The notes below the pieces were generated by a model. That model had not been told where the DNA came from. It did no database searches and was given only the letters and a program-made list of their open reading frames with translations. The position numbers and the translations under genes were made by a program. DNA of 33,288 bases from Chloroflexota bacterium (GTDB lineage: Bacteria; Chloroflexota; Limnocylindria; Limnocylindrales; CSP1-4): positions 1 through 33,288 of the forward strand of contig JBDTVN010000003.1 in the NCBI GenBank assembly GCA_040007155.1, read 5' to 3'. Shown here in pieces: positions 17,256 through 25,596 of this stretch. Every line of letters starts with the position of its first letter. Position 1 is the first letter of the stretch.

Positions 17256-17290
17256 CGAGCCCCGGGCCGGACTACCGGCCCGGGTTCTCG
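17256..17290 (+). terminator. Stable stem-loop between pstS and pstC
   Basis: Perfect 10-bp stem CCCGGGCCGG-acta-CCGGCCCGGG (17261-17284); no long U-tract. Confidence 0.6.
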
Positions 17291-17309
17291 TTAGCCAGCA
17301 GGATGACTC

Positions 17310-18242
17310 GTGACTTCTTTTGCCGGTAACTCGCCCGCTCAGGTGCGGCGCGGCCTGTCGTGGGCTGAGCGGATCGATCTGCCGCGGCGGCTGACCTTCG
17401 CCGCGGCCGCAATCGTTGTCCTGCTCGTGGCCATCCTGCTCGGCTTCATTACCTGGAACGGCATCCAGGTCTTCCTGCATTCGCATATCCCGCTCGAGAA
17501 CCTGCTCAGCACGCGTTGGGAGCCGCTCGCCGATCCGCAGGCGTTTGGCATTTTGCCGTTCGTCGTCGGCACCGCGGGCGTGACGGTGCTTGCTGCATTG
17601 ATCGCAACCCCGCTGTCGGTCGGTCTGGCCATCTTCATGGCCGAGATCGCGCCCGACTGGGCACGGCGCATCGTGCAGCCGGCGATGGAAGTGTTCGTCG
17701 GTATTCCCAGCGTCGTGTGGGGCTGGCTGGGCATCACGATCCTGGTGCCGTTCCTGCGTCAGAACCTGGGCTGGGCGGGCTTCAAATTTGGCTTCAGCCT
17801 CTTCGCCGGGGCGTTGGTGCTGGCGATGATGATCCTGCCTACTGTCACCACGATCGCCTACGACACGATCAAGGCTGTGCCGGCGGAATTGCGTGGCGGC
17901 TCGCTCGCGCTGGGCACGACGCGCTGGCAGACCATCCGCCACGTCGTCCTGCCCGCGGCGCTGACGGGCCTGGTCACGGCCGTTGTGCTGGGCATGATGC
18001 GTGCTGCGGGTGAGGCCCTGGCGGTTCAGATGGTGATCGGCAACCGGCCGTTGATGCCCACTGGACTGGCTGATCCGATGACGACGCTGACGAGCCAGAT
18101 CACGCTCGACATGGGCAACACCGTTACGGGCGAACCGTGGAACGAGGCACTGTGGCTGATGGGCCTGGTGCTGCTGGCGATCTCGTTCGCCTTCGTGTCG
18201 CTCGTCAGATGGCTGACGCGCGGCCGGGAGATCGGCGCATGA
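17310..18242 (+). CDS. pstC: Phosphate ABC transporter permease PstC
   Basis: FGILPFVVGT, GIPSVVWG, EAA-loop SLALGTTRWQTI, RAAGEALAV. Confidence 0.95.
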   Translation: MTSFAGNSPAQVRRGLSWAERIDLPRRLTFAAAAIVVLLVAILLGFITWNGIQVFLHSHIPLENLLSTRWEPLADPQAFGILPFVVGTAGVTVLAALIATPLSVGLAIFMAEIAPDWARRIVQPAMEVFVGIPSVVWGWLGITILVPFLRQNLGWAGFKFGFSLFAGALVLAMMILPTVTTIAYDTIKAVPAELRGGSLALGTTRWQTIRHVVLPAALTGLVTAVVLGMMRAAGEALAVQMVIGNRPLMPTGLADPMTTLTSQITLDMGNTVTGEPWNEALWLMGLVLLAISFAFVSLVRWLTRGREIGA

Positions 18243-19144
18243 CATCGCGTATTGGCCGCTCTTTGCTCGCGGATCGCATCGCGACGATCATCCTGTGGTC
18301 GATCGCCGTGTTCGTGGTCGGGATCCTGGGCGCGATCATCATCCATTTCCTGCTCGCCTCCGTGGGCACACTGTCGCTCGACTTCCTGACTTCGGACCCC
18401 AGCCGCAGTGAGGTGGGCGGCGTCGGCCCGGTCCTGTGGAATTCCTTCTACATCCTCGTGCTGACCATGCTCATCACCGTGCCGCTCGGCCTGGTCGGCG
18501 GCATCTACATGGCTGAGTACGCCGGGCCGGGCCGCCTGGCCAACATCATTCGCCTCTCACAGGAGCTGATCAGCTCGGTGCCGTCCATCGTGGTCGGCCT
18601 GTTCGGTCTCGCTTTCTTCGTGGTCGCCTTTCACTGGAACTTCAGCGCGCTGTCGGGCGCGTTAGCGCTCGCGGTGTTCAACCTGCCGCTGATGACCCGA
18701 CTGTCGGAGCAGGCGCTGCGCGCCGTGCCGAGCGGTGAGCGCGACGCCAGTCTCGCCCTTGGCGCCACGCGTTGGCAGACCATCCGCAACGTCGTGCTGC
18801 CGCTGGCCATCCCGGGCATCGTTACTGGCATTGTCCTTACGTCCGGGCGCATCTTCGGCGAGGCCGCAGCGCTCATCTTCACGGCCGGGCTGTCGACGCC
18901 GTCGCACTACGACTTCGCCAACCTCAACCTGGCCGACCCAGCGTCGCCCTGGAGTCCGTTCCATTCAGCGACAACGCTGTCGGTCTACATCTGGAAACTC
19001 AACTCAGAGGGTCTGGGCGACTTCGTGCGCCAGATCGCGGATTCTTCGTCGGCGATCCTCGTCATCGCCGTGCTCGTCTTCAACCTTGGCGCTCGGGGCC
19101 TGGGCCGCGTGCTCCAGCGACGCGTATCAGGGGCCTCGAGCTAG
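18239..19144 (+). CDS. pstA: Phosphate ABC transporter permease PstA
   Basis: IYMAEYA, SVPSIVVGLFG, SLALGATRWQTI, GRIFGEAAALIFTAG. ATGA overlap with pstC. Confidence 0.95.
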   Translation: MTSRIGRSLLADRIATIILWSIAVFVVGILGAIIIHFLLASVGTLSLDFLTSDPSRSEVGGVGPVLWNSFYILVLTMLITVPLGLVGGIYMAEYAGPGRLANIIRLSQELISSVPSIVVGLFGLAFFVVAFHWNFSALSGALALAVFNLPLMTRLSEQALRAVPSGERDASLALGATRWQTIRNVVLPLAIPGIVTGIVLTSGRIFGEAAALIFTAGLSTPSHYDFANLNLADPASPWSPFHSATTLSVYIWKLNSEGLGDFVRQIADSSSAILVIAVLVFNLGARGLGRVLQRRVSGASS

Positions 19145-19987
19145 ATGTCCACAATCGAACGGCCGATGATCCGCATCGCAGTGGAACCCAGCCGGACGCA
19201 GCCGGGCGACGAGACGGAAACGAAGATCGCGCTGCGCGATTTGAACGTGTACTACGGCACCAAGCGCGCCGTGCGCGACGTGAACCTCGACATCCCCCAG
19301 AACGCAGTGACCGCATTCATCGGGCCGTCGGGCTGTGGCAAGACGAGCATTCTGCGCTGCATCAACCGCATGAACGATCTCATCCCGGTTGCCCGCGTCG
19401 AGGGCCAGATCCTGATGGACGGCGCTGACCTTAACGGCCGCGACGTGGTCCCGGCCGACGTGCGCCGGCGCGTGGGCCTCGTGTTCCAGCGACCCAACCC
19501 ATTCCCGATGACGATCTACGACAACGTCGCGTACGGCCCGCGTCGCCAGGGAACCAAGAACAAGCAACAGCTCGATGAGATCGTCGAGGACTCGCTCAAG
19601 CGCGCCGCGTTGTGGGACGAGATCAAGGACGACTTTCGACGGAAGTCAGCGCTCGCGCTCTCGGGTGGCCAGCAGCAGCGGGTGTGCATCGCGCGGGCGT
19701 TGGCGACTCAGCCCGATGTATTGCTGATGGACGAGCCGGCATCTGCGCTCGACCCTGTCTCGACGCTGCGCATCGAGGAGCTGATCGACGATCTGCGCCA
19801 GCGCTACACGATCGTCATCGTGACCCACAACATGCAACAGGCATCGCGCGTAAGCCAGCGCACGGCGTTCTTCAACATGGGTGATGACCGTGCCGGATAC
19901 CTGGTCGAGATCGGCGACACCAGGACGATCTTCACCAACCCGCGCGAGCGACTGACCGAGGACTACATCTCAGGTCGCTTCGGCTAG
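19145..19987 (+). CDS. pstB: Phosphate ABC transporter ATPase PstB
   Basis: [46 protein letters not shown]. Confidence 0.97.
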   Translation: MSTIERPMIRIAVEPSRTQPGDETETKIALRDLNVYYGTKRAVRDVNLDIPQNAVTAFIGPSGCGKTSILRCINRMNDLIPVARVEGQILMDGADLNGRDVVPADVRRRVGLVFQRPNPFPMTIYDNVAYGPRRQGTKNKQQLDEIVEDSLKRAALWDEIKDDFRRKSALALSGGQQQRVCIARALATQPDVLLMDEPASALDPVSTLRIEELIDDLRQRYTIVIVTHNMQQASRVSQRTAFFNMGDDRAGYLVEIGDTRTIFTNPRERLTEDYISGRFG

Positions 19988-20004
19988 AGGGAGGAGAGAC
20001 AGCG

Positions 20005-20760
20005 ATGGACGAGGAGATTCGAATCACCGCCGACGCGGCGGAAGCGGACGGTTTTGCACCCGGTCAACCACAGACGACCCCTGCTTTCCGGATACCTGCC
20101 CAGCACCAGCGCGAGACGCTCGATCGCGAGATGAGCGAGATCAAGGACGAGGTGCTGCGCATGGGCAGCCTGGTCGCGGCCCAGATTGGCGTCGCCATCG
20201 AGGCGCTGCTCGAGCACGACGCCGAAAAGGCAACCGCGGCGATCGTGGGTGACGGGCGCATCAATGAGGCGCAGCGTCACGTTGCTACGCTCATCGTCAC
20301 AGCCATTGCCACCCAGGCTCCGGTCGCGCGCGATCTGCGATTTCTGCTCGCCCTCGATCACGTCAACTACGAGCTTGAGCGCATGGGCGATCATGCGGCG
20401 TCAGTCGCTAAGCAGGCGCGCAAACTCGCGCCGCACGCGCCGCTCAAGAAATACGTCGGCCTGCCGCGTATGGGCGAGCTCGCCGCCGAGCAGGTACGCG
20501 GCGTGCTGCGCGCGCTGGTGGATCTCGACGTGGACGGGGCGCGTGACGTGGCCAAGCGCGATGATGAGATGGATGCGCTCTACCACGCAACCTTTGCCGA
20601 AGTGCTCGACCTGATGCGCGCCGATCCCGCGAACGTGGATCCGGGCACGCGCATCCTCTTTGCCGCGCACTACCTCGAGCGCATCGGCGACCGGGTGACC
20701 AATATTGCCGAGGACGTCGTCTTCCAGGCGACGGGCGATATCGAGGATCTCAACCCGTGA
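20005..20760 (+). CDS. phoU: Phosphate signalling protein PhoU
   Basis: QAPVARDLR, ELERMGDHA, LERIGDRVTNIAE; GGAGG SD. Confidence 0.95.
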   Translation: MDEEIRITADAAEADGFAPGQPQTTPAFRIPAQHQRETLDREMSEIKDEVLRMGSLVAAQIGVAIEALLEHDAEKATAAIVGDGRINEAQRHVATLIVTAIATQAPVARDLRFLLALDHVNYELERMGDHAASVAKQARKLAPHAPLKKYVGLPRMGELAAEQVRGVLRALVDLDVDGARDVAKRDDEMDALYHATFAEVLDLMRADPANVDPGTRILFAAHYLERIGDRVTNIAEDVVFQATGDIEDLNP

Positions 20761-21197
20761 ATATGGCGGCGCCAGCCGCGCGGCAGAGGGTGCTGTTCCT
20801 GTGCGTCCACAACAGCGCGCGCTCGCAAATGGCCGAGGGGCTCTTGCGCGCTCGCGCCGATGATCGATTCGAGGCTTTCAGCGCCGGCAACGTCGCGACC
20901 CAGCTGCGACCGCTCGCGATCACGGCGATGGCCGAGCTGGGCATCGACATCAGCGCCCAGCTCAGCAAGACGACGCTCGATCTGGGCGGCGCTCACTTCG
21001 ACTATGCCATCACGGTGTGCGACGACGCCAAGGAATCGTGCCCCTACTACGCCAATGCCGCGCACCAGGTGCACTGGGCATTTGATGACCCGGCGGCCGC
21101 GACCGGCGATGATGAGGAGCGGCTCGTCGTGTTCCGCCGCGTGCGGGACGAAATCGCTGCCCGCGTAGACGAATTCATAAGCGACGCGAACAGATAG
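20757..21197 (+). CDS. arsC: Arsenate reductase (LMW-PTP/thioredoxin-type)
   Basis: FLCVHNSARSQMAE P-loop, TVCDDAKESCP redox Cys pair, HWAFDDPA, FRRVRDEI. Confidence 0.88.
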   Translation: MNMAAPAARQRVLFLCVHNSARSQMAEGLLRARADDRFEAFSAGNVATQLRPLAITAMAELGIDISAQLSKTTLDLGGAHFDYAITVCDDAKESCPYYANAAHQVHWAFDDPAAATGDDEERLVVFRRVRDEIAARVDEFISDANR

Positions 21198-21216
21198 CGG
21201 GCGTAGGCTGGCGCCG

Positions 21217-21729
21217 ATGGACGGCCCCGAAGACATCACCGACTTTTCGCTCTTTCTGCTGCGCCACGCGCATGCCGGCAACGCAGCCACATGGACCGGC
21301 GAGGACGCGGAGCGCCCGCTGAGCCCGCGCGGCAAGGACCAGGCCAAGCGCCTCGGCAAGCTGCTCGCCGGCCGCGGCGTTGTCCCGGACACGATCGTCA
21401 GTAGCCCCAAGGTGCGCGCGCGCCAAACAGCCAATATCGTCGGCGACGCACTCGGCGTCGGCGTGGCCAACGACGATCGACTCGCCGAAGAGTTCGACCT
21501 CGACGCGCTCACCTCGATCATGGCCGGCGTGGGCGGGACGAGCCTCATGGTCGTCGGCCACGATCCTGATTTCAGCGAGATGCTGGCGACGCTCGTCGGC
21601 GCCGCCGAGATGCCGATGCGCAAGGGCGCGCTGGCGCGCATCGATGTTGTTCTGCCGCTCGGACCGGGCAGCGGGGTCCTGCGCTACCTCGTGCCGCCTG
21701 AATTGGTGCCCGACCCAGCCGACGACTAA
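21217..21729 (+). CDS. sixA: SixA-like histidine phosphatase
   Basis: LLRHAHA, RPLSPRG, SSPKVRARQTA, VVGHDP. Own TAGGCT -10 lies 7 nt upstream. Confidence 0.88.
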   Translation: MDGPEDITDFSLFLLRHAHAGNAATWTGEDAERPLSPRGKDQAKRLGKLLAGRGVVPDTIVSSPKVRARQTANIVGDALGVGVANDDRLAEEFDLDALTSIMAGVGGTSLMVVGHDPDFSEMLATLVGAAEMPMRKGALARIDVVLPLGPGSGVLRYLVPPELVPDPADD

Positions 21730-21808
21730 AAGCGTCCGGTCGGAATCCGGCCTAGGCCGGGGGCCGACCGGTAAGCGCGTAGCAGCGGGCCGCGGACCAG
21801 CTGCGAAG
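21730..21808. repeat. Palindromic dispersed repeat, copy 3 (also a possible end of the pst transcript)
   Basis: CCGGTCGG (21736-43), 14-bp palindrome CCGGCCTAGGCCGG, CCGACCGG (21764-71), then GCGCGTAGCAGCGGGCCGCGGACCAGCTGCGAAG. Confidence 0.6.
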
Positions 21809-21842
21809 AACTATGTTCGCGCTTGTTACATTTCGCGGCTAA

Positions 21843-22472
21843 ATGCTCGAAGCCGCACTCGCCGGTGCTGTAGCCGGCTACGCGATCGCCATCCCCGTCG
21901 GCGCGATCGCGGTACTGATCATCCATACCGCGCTGACCAGCGGCTTCCGCGCGGGTTTCGCGGCGGGCGCCGGCACCGCAACGGCAGACGGCATCTACGC
22001 CACGATCGCTGCGTTTGCCGGGGCAGGCGTGGCAGCGTTCATCGGTCCGCTGGTGGCCCCCCTGCGGGTAGTCGGTGGCATCGTCCTCGTGCTGATCGGG
22101 GTCTACGGCCTCATGACGGCGTGGCAATCGCGCGACCGTGACACCGGCGCCCACATGCCCGCGCATCGGCCGCACGCCCGCACTTTTCTGACGGTGCTGG
22201 GACTCACGCTGCTCAACCCGGCGACCGTCATCTACTTCGGCGCGCTAACCGTTGGCCTGCCATTCCTGGGTGACCTCGGCGAACGATTGATGTTCGCCGG
22301 CGCGGCATTCGTCGCATCGCTTTCGTGGCAAACGCTCGTCGCTGGGTTTGGCGCCGTGTTGGGTCGCGGCGCCGGGCATCGGCTGCGCCTTCCGACCGCG
22401 ATCCTGGGCAACATGATCGTCATCGCTTTGGGACTGCTGGTCCTCGCTGGAACACTCGCGCCGCCGACCTAG
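21843..22472 (+). CDS. LysE-family translocator
   Basis: AIPVGAIAVLI, G.G.ATADGIYA, LTLLNPATVIYF; about six TM helices. Confidence 0.9.
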   Translation: MLEAALAGAVAGYAIAIPVGAIAVLIIHTALTSGFRAGFAAGAGTATADGIYATIAAFAGAGVAAFIGPLVAPLRVVGGIVLVLIGVYGLMTAWQSRDRDTGAHMPAHRPHARTFLTVLGLTLLNPATVIYFGALTVGLPFLGDLGERLMFAGAAFVASLSWQTLVAGFGAVLGRGAGHRLRLPTAILGNMIVIALGLLVLAGTLAPPT

Positions 22473-23503
22473 ATCGCGCGCGGTAACGCCAGGAAGAGTT
22501 GCGCGCCCTGACCGGGCTCGCTGCGCGCCCACATCCGACCACCGTGGCGCTCGGCGATGTGCCTGGCGATTGCCAGTCCGAGTCCTGTTCCGCCGCGGCC
22601 CCTGGAGCGGGCGCGATCACCTTTGTAGAAGCGCTCGAAGATTCGCTCGAGATCCGCGTGGTCTATTCCCTCGCCCTGATCTTTGACCTCGATGATGACT
22701 TCCGACTCGGTGGGGCGAGCGCTGACGACCACCTCTCCACCTGCAGGCGAGTAGCGGATGGCGTTATCAATCACGTTGACCAGAATCTGGCCGATGCGAG
22801 CCGCGTCGGCGGGCACGGTGCAGTCGCTTACGTCCGCGGGCGATTCGGCGCGCAAGCTGACCTGGTGGTGATCGGCGTAGCCGCGTAGACGCTCGAGCGT
22901 CTCGTCAACGACGTTGCCCATGTCCACGGGCGCGAGATTGAGGGGGGACTCGCCCGCCTCGATCGTCGCCAGGTCGAGCAGCTCGTCGACCATCTGAACG
23001 AGGCGCGACGTTTCCAGGTCGATGCGGCTGATGCCGTCAGCGACGCGCTGCGGCAGCTCCGTCCTCTTTGCCTCCAAGGTCAGCGATTCGGCAAGCAGAC
23101 GCATCGTCGTCAGGGGTGTGCGCAACTCGTGCGACAGGTTGTCGATGAATTCGCTGCGGATGCGGCGCAGCCGGCGCAACTCGGACGCGTCCTCGAGGGT
23201 CACCGTGACGTTGGACTCATGCGCTCTGCGCCAAACACGAACGTCGAGCGTGATCGCGCGATCGGTGGGTGGCGAGTAATCGGTTCGGGTCGGCTGGCCC
23301 GCGCGCGCGGCGCGGATCAGTTCCTCTAGCCGGTGATCGACGAATGCCTCGATCAGGCTCTTGCCAGGCAGGCTCTCCGGTCGCGCGCGGAGCAGCGCAT
23401 GGGCGGCCGCGTTGGCGGCGGCCACGCGATCGTTTTCGCCAATGGCGAGGATGCCCACGCCCAGCTCGTCCGCAAGGTCCGCCTGAGACGCCCAGTCAGT
23501 CAT
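22469..23503 (-). CDS. phoR: PhoR-like sensor histidine kinase (PAS-HisKA-HATPase, no TM)
   Basis: FIDNLSHELRTPLT, NVIDNAIRYS, DQGEGI, RIFERFYK, GTGLGLAI; pst context. Confidence 0.85.
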   Translation of the reverse strand: MTDWASQADLADELGVGILAIGENDRVAAANAAAHALLRARPESLPGKSLIEAFVDHRLEELIRAARAGQPTRTDYSPPTDRAITLDVRVWRRAHESNVTVTLEDASELRRLRRIRSEFIDNLSHELRTPLTTMRLLAESLTLEAKRTELPQRVADGISRIDLETSRLVQMVDELLDLATIEAGESPLNLAPVDMGNVVDETLERLRGYADHHQVSLRAESPADVSDCTVPADAARIGQILVNVIDNAIRYSPAGGEVVVSARPTESEVIIEVKDQGEGIDHADLERIFERFYKGDRARSRGRGGTGLGLAIARHIAERHGGRMWARSEPGQGAQLFLALPRAI

Positions 23504-24180
23504 CGCCGCAGAACGTAACCCACGCCGCGTACCGTCTGCAGCACTACCGGGTTCTGCGGATCGGCTTCGATCTGGCGCCGCAGCCAGTGGACATGCACAT
23601 CGACGGTACGCGTCTCGCCCGCAAAGTCGTAGCCCCAGACCTCGCTCAGCAGCTGTTCGCGACTGAATACCTGGCCCGGGTGACGCACGAAGAACGACAG
23701 CAGCTCGAATGCCTTGGGCTTGATCGGCCGGACCTCGGTCCCGTGCATGAGTCGGTGCCCGGCCAGATCGACCGTCACCTTGCCCACACGGACCTCCTCG
23801 TCAGAGTCGGTTGCCCGTTCGTGCCTGCGCAGCAGGCCGTTGATGCGGGCAAGCAGCTCGCGCAGGCTGAATGGCTTGGTCACGTAGTCGTCGGCGCCCA
23901 GCTCCAGCCCGACGACCTTGTCGACCTCGCTCGCGCGCGCGGTCAACATCACGATGGGTGTATCCGCCTCGCGCCGAATGATTCGCGTGAGCTCGATCCC
24001 CGATAGCTCGGGGATCATCACATCGAGCAGCACCAGGTCGGGCTTGTCGGCCCGGAATCGCTCAAGCGCCTGAGCGCCGTCGGTCGCCTGGACTACGCGA
24101 TACCCCTCCTGCTCGAGCTGATACGCCAACTCGGCGCGCAGCGGCTCCTCGTCCTCGACGACTAGAACCGTGCGGACCAT
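23500..24180 (-). CDS. phoB: PhoB/RegX3-like OmpR-family response regulator
   Basis: VVEDE, LDVMIP, GLELGADDYVTKPF, VWGYDF, TRTVDVHVHWLR. ATG at 24180. Confidence 0.85.
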   Translation of the reverse strand: MVRTVLVVEDEEPLRAELAYQLEQEGYRVVQATDGAQALERFRADKPDLVLLDVMIPELSGIELTRIIRREADTPIVMLTARASEVDKVVGLELGADDYVTKPFSLRELLARINGLLRRHERATDSDEEVRVGKVTVDLAGHRLMHGTEVRPIKPKAFELLSFFVRHPGQVFSREQLLSEVWGYDFAGETRTVDVHVHWLRRQIEADPQNPVVLQTVRGVGYVLRR

Positions 24181-24182
24181 TC

Positions 24183-24629
24183 CTACTCGCTGACCTCGCC
24201 CGACTTGACCTTGGCGATCAGCTCCTGGCGGGCCTTGCGCCGGAAGTCGCGGTTCTGGATCCAGTACTCGGTGAAGCTCGTGCACTCGTTGCGATCGTTG
24301 AACTTGCACACGTACATGTTGAAGTACTGGTCGCGCAGCGGACCGCCCGGCCCGTCGAAATAGTCGCTGCGACCGTGGGCGACGTACGTGTCGCCATCTA
24401 TGGCAAGCGGCTCGTATTCGGCGTCGACGGTCCCCTTGGCATCCTGATTCTCGAGCCAGTTCGCGACGACGGCGGCGCGCCCCACCACAATGTCGTCGCC
24501 AACGTCAGCCGGGTGGTACTTGTAGACGACGTCGTCCGCGAATAGCGCGGCGATCTTGTCGGGGTCGTATGTCTTCCAAGCCTCGACATACCCGTCGAGC
24601 CAGTTCTGGAAACCCTGCCGGTCCATCAT
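24183..24629 (-). CDS. SnoaL/NTF2-like protein
   Basis: WLDGYVEAW, ALFADDVVY, GRAAVVANW, CTSFTEYW; GAGG SD. Confidence 0.85.
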   Translation of the reverse strand: MMDRQGFQNWLDGYVEAWKTYDPDKIAALFADDVVYKYHPADVGDDIVVGRAAVVANWLENQDAKGTVDAEYEPLAIDGDTYVAHGRSDYFDGPGGPLRDQYFNMYVCKFNDRNECTSFTEYWIQNRDFRRKARQELIAKVKSGEVSE

Positions 24630-24765
24630 TTCCTCACCTCACATCATGTCCTGATGACGCAGGGCATGATAACCGGCATTTGCGATTTGTGGGGTTACTA
24701 GTTTGTTAACTCTCGAGCGGACGGCCGATAAGCAGAGGGTAAGTGGCGAGCCCTAGATTCGCAAT

Positions 24766-25518
24766 GTGATAGATGCGCGCGTGGGCGCCGCTTTCAGGAT
24801 CGTCCGGCTTCGCCGGGGTTGGCGCCAGGCTGATGTCGGACGGCGCGCGCACGTGTCCGCAGGCGTCGTTTCGATGATTGAGCGTGGCCACCTCGAGCGG
24901 GTCTCTGTGCCGGCCTTTCGGCGCGTCGCAGAGACGCTCGGCATCCGCGCTGAGATAACCGTGACGCTGCCACACGGGGAGATCGAGCGACTCCTGACCG
25001 CCGGTCACGCCGCACTTCATGAGTCGCTCGCGCGCTACCTTGGTGGCCTTCCGGGATGGGTACACGCACCAGAGGTGTCATTCGCCGTGTACGGCGAGCG
25101 CGGGGTGATCGACATCCTCGCTTTCCACCCACCCACCGGATCGCTGCTCGTCGTAGAGCTCAAGACCGAACTTGTCTCACTCGAGAATCTGCTTGGCACA
25201 ATGGATGTCCGATTGCGGCATGCGGCCAAAATCGCGGCCGAACGTGGCTGGCATGCGAACAATGTCAGCGCTTGGGTCGTGTTCGCCGACAGCGCAACGA
25301 ACCGCAGGCGCGCAGGCGACCACAGGCACGCCCTGCGAGCGGCCTTTCCGGCTGATGGGAGAGCCATGCGCCGTTGGCTGCGGACGCCGACCGGGTCCAT
25401 CCGGGCGGTGTCGTTCTGGGCAGATGACAGGGTGGCGACAGCTACTCGAGTTGTCGCCGGTCAGCGGCGTGTCCGCCCGCACGCAGTGGTCATGAAGGAT
25501 GATCAGGCGGCAGCCTGA
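24766..25518 (+). CDS. XRE-family HTH fused to a PD-(D/E)XK nuclease-like domain
   Basis: N-terminal RLRRGWRQADVG..AHVS..VSMIERG; C-terminal PEVSF..GERGVIDILAFH..LLVVELKT. TAGATT lies 6 nt upstream. Confidence 0.75.
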   Translation: MIDARVGAAFRIVRLRRGWRQADVGRRAHVSAGVVSMIERGHLERVSVPAFRRVAETLGIRAEITVTLPHGEIERLLTAGHAALHESLARYLGGLPGWVHAPEVSFAVYGERGVIDILAFHPPTGSLLVVELKTELVSLENLLGTMDVRLRHAAKIAAERGWHANNVSAWVVFADSATNRRRAGDHRHALRAAFPADGRAMRRWLRTPTGSIRAVSFWADDRVATATRVVAGQRRVRPHAVVMKDDQAAA

Positions 25519-25596
25519 CACGAGAATGCCAAGGAAAGTCGTTTGCGCAGTTGCTTAGCGGTTGCCACGCTGCTGTATGAAAGTAAAAGTGGCGGA

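Noticed and set aside
25519-25596. Possible tRNA-Glu/Gln downstream of gltX
   Set aside because: No cloverleaf, T-loop GTTC motif or CCA end on either strand.
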